A stretch of 64,000 nucleotides of DNA from Glycera tridactyla (taxonomy: Eukaryota): positions 37,324,001-37,388,000 of the forward strand of contig OZ286467.1 in the NCBI GenBank assembly GCA_965644265.1. The letters are read 5' to 3'. Shown here piece after piece: positions 53,568 through 64,000 of this stretch (position 1 is its first letter; every line of letters starts with the position of its first letter). The notes under the pieces are model-generated. The model searched no databases, was not told where the DNA came from, and was given only the letters and a program-made list of their open reading frames with translations. The position numbers and the translations under genes are program-made.

Positions 53568-55003
53568 CAGTGATGCAAACAGACGGTCGCCCAGTCGCCC
53601 AAGGCGACTAAGTGATTAGGCTGGGCGATGAAAAGGTGTCATATGATCGCCCAGGTGGGCGAGTAAGTTCTCCTGGCAGGAGTGGCTGCTGCTCAACACC
53701 CGACCTCACAGAGAGGGTATGTGCTCGGGAGTCTTGTGATGTCAGCAGGGCCAGTAGAGGCACCCTGTGACAGGCAGCATGGAGGGTCAAGGAGTGGACA
53801 CTATAGTCCATTACTTTTTGAGTTAGTATGGGCAGCATCAAAGGCTGTCCTATCAGGCTAGAGACAGTAGGATGGCTACCTATGTAGAGACCCTTCATCA
53901 CTGATGACCACAATCTAGACAGGGGTGGAACAACCTCTAACCTCATTCTCATGGCCAGCACTAATCATTGGAAGCACAGGAATGACTTGAATTGATGATG
54001 TTTGAACATAGTTTGAGTTTTAGTCTGTATTATTTGTCAGATGATTGGATATCAGAACTGATACTGGTCCATAAAGTGGACATTATAATAGCCTATTGGA
54101 TACATGGTAATTTGGCTTTAAATGGCTACCCAGTCATTCATTTGATCAATCAATCAATCACTCAATCAGGTGATTGGTTATCACGTCAATAGAAATGAGC
54201 AGTGTACGGTCAAACCTGAACATGAGACCACATCTCTACAAAGACCACCTGCTTAAAGGCCACCAAAAGTGAAATCCTGAAAATATATCACACTAGTTTT
54301 TCAATTCTTGCACTTCCATGATCAATCATATCTACATAATTGGGCAACGATTACCAATGTACATTTACGAGATGGAAATTGGTCAAAAGCAACTTGGAAA
54401 GATCGCATTCTCTGCAGTGGTTCACTTTTTGATTTGCAGTGAATTTTGTTCATCAAGACCACCCTAAATGTTGCCAAAAAGTGGTACTGCAAGACAGGTC
54501 CCTCATCGTATGTTCATTTGAGTGTAAAAAATGAGAAGTGGGTTTCTTTCAGACAGGCTTAACTGCACTTTGGTGGGAACATGAGCAGCCTGAACTTGAA
54601 AAACATGATACAGTCAAACCTCCTCTAAAGACCACCTCTCTATAAAGGCCTCCCTGAGTTGCAACTTTAGTATTTTCAACAGTAAATGCCTCTCTCTATA
54701 AAGACCACCTCCCTATAAATGATGTTTTTATGCAACCGAAGGCAGTCTTTATAGAGAGGTTTGACTGTATTTATGAGCAATTTCAGGTCATTCAAAACCT
54801 TAAAATTCACTAGAAGCTAACATAGAGCAACATTATTGTGAAATCTTACAGGAATGACCCCCGGAACCCGCACTAAGGGTTTGCCCCTGGTTGGCTCACC
54901 AATACCCTTTGCTGGACCACCAAGTCAGGGTCTGGGCCACCAAGTTGAGTAACTTGGTGGTCCATTCGGACCACTAAGTTGGCGAATCCTGTTTGCATCA
55001 CTG
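53568..55003. mobile_element. Putative 1436-bp non-autonomous TIR element with nested MITEs
   Basis: Perfect 15-bp TIR CAGTGATGCAAACAG (53568-53582 / 54989-55003); AATTT directly flanks both ends; subterminal motif repeats (TCGCCC left, CCACCAAG/GGACCAC right). Confidence 0.6.
54609..54769. mobile_element. MITE family A copy (AAAGACCAC subtype), nested in the 53568-55003 element
   Basis: tacagtcaaacctcctctaaagacc...gagaggtttgactgta. Confidence 0.82.
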
Positions 55004-58000
55004 AATTTGAGCTACCACATATTGCCGTATACACGAATACCCTATTAGAAGCGCACGCCGTAATTCAACTCGTCCATGACAGCAGCGATGACCAGTGGAA
55101 CACATGTCAAACCGAATAATCATGTATTTCGTGATAAAAGTGAAAGATCCGCCAGTCTTCTGGTCGAATTCAGTTCCAGATTGAGGCTCATGGCACTTGA
55201 CAATGCCTGAGCACAATGCGCTTATATTCGGCAAAATACGGTAGTCACAACTTGCTGTATTATCTCCAGCATCGCTCTCAAGTGACAAAGACTCTGGCGT
55301 ATGTTTGGGGAGAAGTGCTTGTTCTTCACAGCTTACTACTCATCCCAGGCTTGCTCATCAGAGGTAATTGCTTGTTGCAGGTTTCACTGTAATCCTGCCT
55401 GAACTAAAGATCATTCAATGTTCACAATTGCACCAACTACTGTTTCTACTTAAAAGTTAAAACTTTCTGATTATCATAAACTTCAATCAATTAGTGTGAA
55501 ACTTCCAGTTGCATGAGCATAAATCGTAATGTCTTAAGAGATCAAGTAGTGGCATTCTACAGAAGAGAGTAGCCCTGTGATCTCAGTGAACATCTTGGCG
55601 AACAGCGAACAGCGAGTGAAGAGCGTTGCCAATAAGTAATGCACATGTGAGTAGCTGTGGTTTCTCTATCTTCCATGTGTTGGCAAACTAGTTTGGCTGG
55701 AGATTACGGAGGCTTTCCGAGGCTAGTTTATGGGTGAAAGCACAATGCCATGCCATCATAACTCAGTGTTCATTACTGCGATACAGTACACTGCAGCTTG
55801 CGGGAACATGTATGCTGCGAGATAAGTGCGCTTCAGGCGTGTACGCCAAGGTACAGCTATGCAAGACGGACATCTCCTCACCTACGTGACATATTTACAG
55901 ATGACAGTCCCGGCAGGCGAATAAAACATTTTCTCCTCCATATCCAGCTGTACAGGCGAGTGAGTCCTATCAATGCTGGGTGGAGTTGGCCTTCCATCTT
56001 GCCATCAAGATCATATCATATTCATGCTTCACGGCCGTGTAGCGATCCCTATCAGCCGGGTAGCATGAACAGATTGAACAGGATGGACAGATTGAACGCC
56101 TTGCATATCATATCCTGACCTCCATCTTGCGCTGTTATTTCAGAGTACTTGGGCAATGGAGAGGCGACTTTATCAAGATCTTCAGTGCAATAAATCCATG
56201 AACAACTATAACTTCGCTAGTAAATCAAAGTAAAATGATATCTACTTCACAGTACATGAGAAACATGTTATATTCATCTGTTGACTACCAGATCCCCTAC
56301 ATATATTCAGTAACCTTTTCATCAGTTCTGACAAGATTGAAGATATTAATGAATTACATGCCATAGAAAATTTTGGCTAGGCTATGGAATATAATCAAGA
56401 TATCACACAATGGGATTCCACTCCACTGTCAGTCCCAAAGTCCCAAAGTAGATTCACCACATGTGCTACGGTGGATTTATGTGTCAACAATATCAATGTA
56501 CTTTAGCCAAATTATTATCAGAATGCCAGAATGACACCAGAATAACAAATTGAATGATTGACTGAAATTTAACAGTAGACATCAACCTACAGGATCATGC
56601 TTGCCATGTAAGTATGGAAGTCGGACAAATTATTCCCTGCAGACAAGACTCTCACATACCCTGAATTCATGATGTTGATGAACCTGAAATATTGTAAAAT
56701 GGAAATAGCCGACATTTTAGACACACTTCTACAACCTTCACACAAGCCTGAACATATCTACTGGTGGCATATCTAACTATATAACTGGTTGGAAGACAAC
56801 ATTCGAGCTTGGTAGTATTGCCTTCAAAGTCCATTACTTGAAACAAGGTAACATATCAGATTGGAGAATATATAAGTTAACCAATGCGTTCATTTATGAA
56901 GTGCCAACTTCAAACCAACTTCACAATAATTCCAGGCAAGGCAAGGTGCACATGATAGATGTGTGAATCACATGATACACTTCATGAGCATATCTGTGAT
57001 GCACAGATTTGAATGCAGATGAGGTCAGTAGATGAAGATCGGGAGTGTGGGGAGCATGTTGAGAGACATTTTTGTGCTTGTCGCGCGGATGTCTTCGTGC
57101 CATAGTGACCAGCGACTACTCTCAGAGGAGTGATAAGGTGACTGATGGCCTGTGTTGATTACGTCCTTTGCAGTATCCTATTAAATCTTTATCACCGCAG
57201 TTCTCTGCAAGTCACATGGATAGCATGTGTTCAACCCATGCAGCAGCTAACAAAATCACCCAAATGATACCATCCCTATTCTTTAGTTCCTGGTAGGAAT
57301 GGGGAATAAGAATGGAAACATTCTAACATTAGTCTGTTCCTATTTTGATCACGTTTTTCTCCATCGGATAATGCTAGATCACAGGATGAGCAGGAAAATT
57401 TCAAACAACAAACACGGAACATTCCAAAACCTATCTTTGCTCAGTCTTGTCACATTTGGCGTTACAAAAAAGAGCGCAAACAATAAAGTGCAATCTAGCA
57501 GTGCATACGCTTGCCTATGAAAAAGCTGCGGGGCACTTGAGTGCCTATATATGGCAGCTTTGATTCTTGGAGGTGACAGAGCCAGAGCAGTAAAGCATCA
57601 ATTGAGCAGATTAGATGGTGTGAATGCTACTGACATGAGCCACAATGGTGAGCAAATGCTCACTGGCCACCTGGATGACATTTCAGTGAGCAGATTGGGT
57701 ATTGCAGCTGCATGACTGCCTGCTTCTACACAGGCTATACTGCAGGAGATCCAGGCACAAATCCACAAAAAATCTTTTTTCTGAAAATGCACAGTTGAAC
57801 CTGTCTAAAACGACCAACCTTAGTCACATCAAAATGTGGAATTTGTAGACAACTGGCCTTTATGTAGAACTCATTCACAGGAGGTAACGATATCAGTCAT
57901 TGCTCAGGCTGGACTCTATAGGCAGGGGGGTATTTGTACAGAGGTGCTGTCTCAAGCAATGAACAATTATTTGCCTTTTTCATGCTATATATGGGAATTT

Positions 58001-58019
58001 GAAATGCCAGATTTGCTAG

Positions 58020-58182
58020 TACAGTGAAACTTGCTATTAGAGACCATCCAAAATGCCACAAAAAACTGATCTTACAAAAGAGGTAGTCTCTGATTGAAGG
58101 AAAGGGATCATCATCACAGAGCCTTGTCTCATAAGACAGGCATTCTCTCATTAGGGGGTCTCACGAGAGAGGTTTCACTGTT
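58020..58182. mobile_element. MITE family A copy
   Basis: tacagtgaaacttgc...gaggtttcactgtt. Confidence 0.72.
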
Positions 58183-58658
58183 ATCTTGTACAAGGAAGTT
58201 ATTTCAAATGGTGAAGTCAATATCACCATAATTCTTAATTAGCCAGTCGACTTAATTTGTTTCAACTTCTTTCAACAGATGATCCATCGCATGAACCTTA
58301 CATTAACACATCTGCATGCAAGCACCTGCTNNNNNNNNNNNNNNNNNNNNNNNNNNNNNNNNNNNNNNNNNNNNNNNNNNNNNNNNNNNNNNNNNNNNNN
58401 NNNNNNNNNNNNNNNNNNNNNNNNNNNNNNNNNNNNNNNNNNNNNNNNNNNNNNNNNNNTTCAACACCACAACACAAATCAACACCTGGATATTGAGTTC
58501 AGCACATAAATTACAGCGTATATTCATGGACACCTGTGACTCAGCAGGGAACATCGAATAAGAAAACACCTCGCTGGTGTGCACCTGACCCATCAACCCA
58601 CATCAGCTCACCTGGGAATGTGTGAACCAACGTATAGGGTCACAAACAGACAGACAGA

Positions 58659-59013
58659 CACACACATTTTTTTAGTGATAGAAATCATGTCAGAGACATA
58701 TTTCCAGATTGTACTGGCAACAGGTCCATGAAATGTGTTCCAAATGCCCAAATTATTTTTTGGCTTGTATGGGATTTGAACCATCAACCTTCCAGTTTGG
58801 CACCCTCGCCAGCAACAAACTGCCAACGCTCTTGTCCTCCCCCCCACGGCAGATCCACTAAATGGATCTGCAATGGACGCAGTTAAGCCAGAGCGCTGGC
58901 AGTGTGTTACCCCCAGAGGTCAATGTATCACGAAACCTGGCACTCACATTCACACACATTTTTTTAGTGATAGAAATCATGTCAGAGACATATTTCCAGA
59001 TTGTACTGGCAAC
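58659..59013 (+). repeat. 63-bp identical direct repeat (58659-58721 and 58951-59013)
   Basis: cacacacatttttttagtgatagaaatcatgtcagagacatatttccagattgtactggcaac occurs twice, 292 bp apart. Confidence 0.9.
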
Positions 59014-59017
59014 CACC

Positions 59018-59090
59018 CACACCCACACACACACACACACGTACACACACACGTACACACACAAACACACACACACACACACACACACAC
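59018..59090. repeat. (CA)n microsatellite, interrupted
   Basis: CA tract with GTA/AA interruptions. Confidence 0.9.
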
Positions 59091-62000
59091 AAGCAGTTGA
59101 GCTGCAGGAGTTTGTGTCAACAAGCTTTTTCCTCGCCTGCTTACTCGCACACTTACTATGGCAATCATCACCACTCACATATCCATCAAATATCAAGGAA
59201 ATTCTTACATGATATACATCAACTGGGTTAGGAAGTGGCAGTTTCCCTGAACAAATCAATGGTCTCCATAGTGACTAAGGTCTCCAACATAGATTTATGC
59301 TGAGACAATGCAGTCTGCATGGACTATTTTTCTTGAAACAGGGCACTTATTCTGGATGAGCAACAGTCCATGTGGTAGACATGGGATGGATGAATACACC
59401 AAGTAGGTCTCTTATAAATCCGATCATGGCAGCTCATGAACAACTGTTAATAATACCATGAGAAAAAACAAGGAAAGAATCTGTTTCCAATAAAGAGAGT
59501 AACATTATACAATCAGCCTTTATTTCTTTATAGTCTCGTCACTTCCTAACACCCATTGAATTCCGATAGAAGTGAGATTTTCTTACTCAACAAATGACAG
59601 AGTCAGCATCATATAAGAGAATTATTTTTAGAAACTTCACTAATGAGACAATGTTCATCATTTTCGCTGTCATGGATGCAACATATATGAACACGAGAGC
59701 TGGATACTTGAAACTAGGTGAAAGTACCATGTGTATAGGTTACATTTCACAAGGCAATCTTCCACAACATAAATCTCATGTGCAACAGGTATCTTTCACT
59801 AATGTGTAGGATATATTCTGGAGTAAAGGATAGCTACACTTTCCCTACAGCATACTGGGTGGACATACACTACATTTCCCTTCACTTACACTGTATTGAA
59901 ACAAATCCCTGATCGAAAAAAAGGAATACAGACTGAAACAAAGTGATTACAGAATTACACAGCAACTGGTTTTAATAACACTGTGCTGAGATTTGCCCTA
60001 ATTTCTTTGAACCATATTTGTACATATGCAGTAAATCACAAGTTTGGGACAGGGTTTTTAGCCTTCAGTCCATTATATCCCATGTATCCATCACACAGTA
60101 TGGGGTTCATGCCTGACAATTTCCATCATATTATGTCCAGGGGATAAGAATCAAACCTCGAAACTCATGTCTCTCAATCTCCATGATCTGGGTGCAGAAT
60201 TGTTCTCATTTCCATGATGCAAACTGCACATTTCCATTGCCTTTCAGTTTTGGGTTGATGAAAGCTAGATGTTCTGTCCCCTGTGGACATCACTTGCACA
60301 AACCCTTAACACAAGCTCATAGGACCCTGACAGATTGTCAAGGGGAACTAGCTCACAGTTTAGGCACACCAAATGACCATACTGAACCTCATGATGGCAT
60401 ATCTAACCATGGAACTGGTTGGAAGCTGGCACTCAGGCCTAATAGAGATGCCTTTTTTTCAAGATGCTTTTTTTTCAGCAAAGCACAGCACTTGACTAGG
60501 TGATCAGTGGACACACATTACAATGCAAATACAAATGTAGCTCATTCTCTTCCAAATGCAAAAAGCTCAATCTCTCCCACTTACATTAATTCTGAAGTCA
60601 GGAAATTGGAATTAATGTAATGAGGGCACAGATTCAAAGCAAAACTTTTGAAGAAGGATGCTGTGGTGGAAACTATGTGAAAACCAGACTGCACCTCATA
60701 CAATATGCAGCAACTCCTGCCTTTTCATCATTCACAGGGATGCTAACAAATATAGTCTCTTTGATATAAGAATGAACAGGCCTATCCATCAAGCGGCTGT
60801 CTCCCAATTAGGATGGACACTGATACATATGTCCACGAGAATATTATACGAGACTTGATCTATCATGCATACATGGTACTCTCAGGCGGATCCCTGGCTT
60901 AATGATGAATTATGAGGCAGATGACCAACTGGTTATTAAGATTCATAGGTGAATAATGAGATGTGGCAAGGCACATAGGGCTCTGTGAATATCTGGGGCA
61001 TGCCATGGCACACAAATCATGAGAAATGGACTGGTTATAAGAGGGGTATGAACATGGGAATGACCAACCTCGGAAATTGTTGATGGAGATCCCTCAGCCC
61101 CAGCAGAAGTGCTCTCTTCTTGAGCCAATAGAATTTTTTTCTTGAAGAATTTTTCAAAAACATCCAAAATATACAACAATAACAATGCAAAAAAACTTTT
61201 TAGAAATCCTTTTTTTTAATCCAATATATGTCTAGATTATGTTGTAGAATAAACCAGTCTTGAATGATCTCGCCATAATCAATGAATCGATCAATCGACC
61301 CCCCCCCCCCCCATCAGATTGAATGATAAAATCAACTATGGTCTTTTGAGATACCACTTTCCAATAACATTTAGGATGGTCCCCCATCACAGGTTTCAGG
61401 CTACTGTCAAAGGCAACCAATCAATGAAGGCCACCTGCCCACTGAAGCCACTTTCTCACACTTTATCGATACCAAGGCCACACTATTGGATGTGACCAGG
61501 GGTGACCCTTTCGGAGAGATTTGACTGTACCAATTAACAAAACTAGACTAAACATAAGTGAAATACAAGATGTCAAAGATACCATCTGGCACTTTTAACA
61601 TGGAAAATTGAGAGGCTTTTTTCGAATGTTTTATTGGAGCAGAGATACTCTAGTAAGTAAGGCAAGCATAAAAATATCAACCAATGAGGCAAATCTAGCC
61701 CTCTAACCTGAAATTGTGTACAAGTATATAGGTTTGTTTATACACAGCTTAGGCTTTTTGTGGCTGGATGCTTGGCATGGGTGTGCCAACACACGGAGTA
61801 ACATTTCTAGACGTTCATCAGGTGGCAAATCAGAGCTTCACTCCACCTCTCCACAACTCCATTCACAGGAAGAAGCAACCAAATCTCACATAGATTCTAA
61901 TAGAGATAGAAGTCTCAATGTATCAATTATACTTGTGCTCTCTATATAACTTTATCATACTATCATCCAGTACTAAATTTTGCATGATGTAGCCTTGCCT

Positions 62001-64000
62001 TGGCATATTTGTGAAATACAAGTGGTAGGGGAGGAGTCAGGAAAACTAGTCATGCAATTTTATGCAGACAATGAAATGCCAGAATGGAAAAACATTGATA
62101 CTTGACCAAATTGCATGAAGATGTCTTCATACAAAAGAGACCTGGTTTGGAAGTTGCAGCACAATTTCGTAACCTTTCTGATTCTGTCAAATGTATAAAT
62201 TTCTTGAATCAAGGGAAATTCCGCCTGACTTCAAAATTTGTTTGTACCTGGTCTTCACCTGGGAAGTATATATCTTCCAAAGTTTTAATACTTGTAAGAC
62301 TCATCATGTCTGATGTGGCTCCCTGCAGACATGGAGTTGGGCTGGGATGGTGGGATTCTGAATCTGTACTAGAACTATAAAATTTGTGGCATTTTTCGCC
62401 ATTACATTTACTTTTCATTAAATAATAGTAGATAACTCAACACACAAATTTCTCACAGTTCAGAGATACATATCTGTTGGTTAACCTCAAGATCCATATA
62501 TTTTTATCTCCTCTCATAATGATACAGTAATTTTGTTTTTGAATGATGAGAAGATGGCTGCTCTATAGTACTCATCACTATACCTCAGACTAAATAAGAT
62601 AAGAAATAAATAGGATGGGTGCGGCCAGAAACGAACTGAAGACGAGCTGGAGTCATGGGGCACAACCGTAATGCATAATAAATAGGCTGGAAAGAGCTGA
62701 CACACATTCAATACACTTGTGTTAACATCGTATGTAGCCAAGAAAAACGAACGCCAGCAAAAACTCTCCTGGGCCTACTTCACGATGACTTGCATGAGTC
62801 TGCTATCTGCCACGGGAGATTATCGACAGTCCTTCATTCTCAAATGCCCTCCCGGGAAAAGCTCAATATTTAGGCATGGAAAGTTTACAAGCAGGTTCTA
62901 TTGGCGATTTTGTTACATTGGCGATTTTTACGTATGTGCGAAGATGAATCCCACTTTTTGTCTACATGTATATGACATATGGAGTGAGTACATACTCATC
63001 CCCTCAGGTAAATCCTCAATGAGAACAAAGGTGCACAGGTAAATTCCTCTGGACTGAAACAGGATTTTCCTGAAACATGGTCAGATTTCCTGAAACACTC
63101 CGTCATACCCAGTGCATGAGAAAAACTGATTTAAAAAATAGATTTGAAACTTTTATCCTGATTCCTCCAGAATCTGGATTTCAACACTCAAGGTGAATTT
63201 CGAAGAAAGTTGCTCTTTGTGAGAAAATTTTTCAATTATTGAAAATATTACTGTGGGCACCACTCCAGATGGCCTCCATATGGAGGTGGTTTCTCAAGCA
63301 GATTCATGTGTACCTTCAAAAAAAGACCACCAATGTTGTGAGACCACATTTTGCCTTAATTCAGGATGATCTCTCTTTGCATGTTTCACTGTGGACCCAA
63401 TACACTTTTGGGTATGGACTGATACACCCTCTAGTCAAAGCATCAATAACCAACCAGTAACATCTCAAACTTACACTGGGTGAGTAATCCTCATAATTTT
63501 TCCTCCAGATGGCGCCAGTGAAAATTCATGAATTTATAGAATATACCAAGCATGTTGTTTGTTGTAGAACATACAAGGTGTGTGAGGCAGGGTTGCTATG
63601 GCAGTGAATTAAACATCTGGGAGCAGGATAGTCCCAGGAAATATACTTCACCTGGTTCCTAAATTCAAGGAAATGGTACTTGTCCTGACACAGATGGTGT
63701 TTTACTGGGACAGATGTAGGTTGCTCCATAAACTACACAGAGTGATAGGGCCACCAAGAAGTTGTACTTTCTTATGAACAAGGTCATCTTAGTTTCTCTC
63801 ATGAACAAGGTCATTTTGGTTTCTCAAATAATAACCCTTGGTGCTGGTCAGAAAATATGCAGACTAGCGAATTTTGAGAAGTTAACGGACAGATAACCAG
63901 TGAATGAAACATGCAATTCAACACTATGTCTTTCTCCATGACGACCATGATACTAGTGCTATTCAGCATCACAACATGCTAAGGATATCTGCATCATCTG

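Larger units (their letters stand above)
10025..58459. other. Eleven assembly gaps (N runs), all intronic or upstream
   Basis: N at 10025-10213, 20403-20599, 23941-24265, 32952-33092, 36910-37052, 37495-37658, 38130-38271, 39077-39242, 44986-45114, 49585-49865, 58331-58459. Confidence 0.98.

Noticed and set aside
56660-56683. 24-nt candidate micro-exon (tttcag|...|gtatgt) on the minus strand
   Set aside because: In the required phase 1->1 it contains TGA; it could only be non-coding and has no support
9865-58596. Many listed ORFs containing runs of X
   Set aside because: They stay open only because they cross N gaps; the flanking residues show no protein similarity
58608-58847. Minus-strand ORF ending at a CCCAG|gtgagc donor as the first exon
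   Set aside because: The donor is phase 2 in the hydrophobic frame, the phase-1 frame has a stop, and the region is repeat-derived
62514-62741. Minus-strand ORF MATYDVNTSV... as the semaphorin signal-peptide exon
   Set aside because: The only nearby donor (AG|gtatag) is phase 2 in this frame while exon A needs phase 1, and the signal-peptide pattern is poor
1-64000. CRISPR arrays, rRNA, intact tRNA genes, prokaryotic operons
   Set aside because: No regular repeat-spacer arrays or RNA-gene signatures were seen; the DNA is intron-rich eukaryotic sequence and the repeats are dispersed TEs or microsatellites

Overview
This is AT-rich eukaryotic (invertebrate animal) genomic DNA from a gapped draft assembly with 11 N-runs. 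Almost the whole window is one minus-strand, multi-exon gene encoding a class-1-type transmembrane semaphorin (Sema-1a/1b-like). I reconstructed 14 coding exons by hand (50604->2829). All have GT-AG boundaries and consistent phases, giving about 709 aa: Sema domain, PSI domain, Pro/acidic stalk, TM helix and a short tail ending KVKKVYL. The signal-peptide exon was not found and probably lies beyond 64000. The introns hold a 5'-truncated CR1/L2-group LINE, three decayed Penelope-like (GIY-YIG/pLTR) fragments with degenerate hammerhead-ribozyme-like cores, several families of short TIR elements (MITEs), a 1.4-kb TIR-bounded element flanked by long diverged direct repeats, and microsatellites. 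I found no convincing wholly new biological system. The best leads are the Penelope/hammerhead remnants, the direct-repeat-flanked TIR element and the potentially skippable stalk exons.
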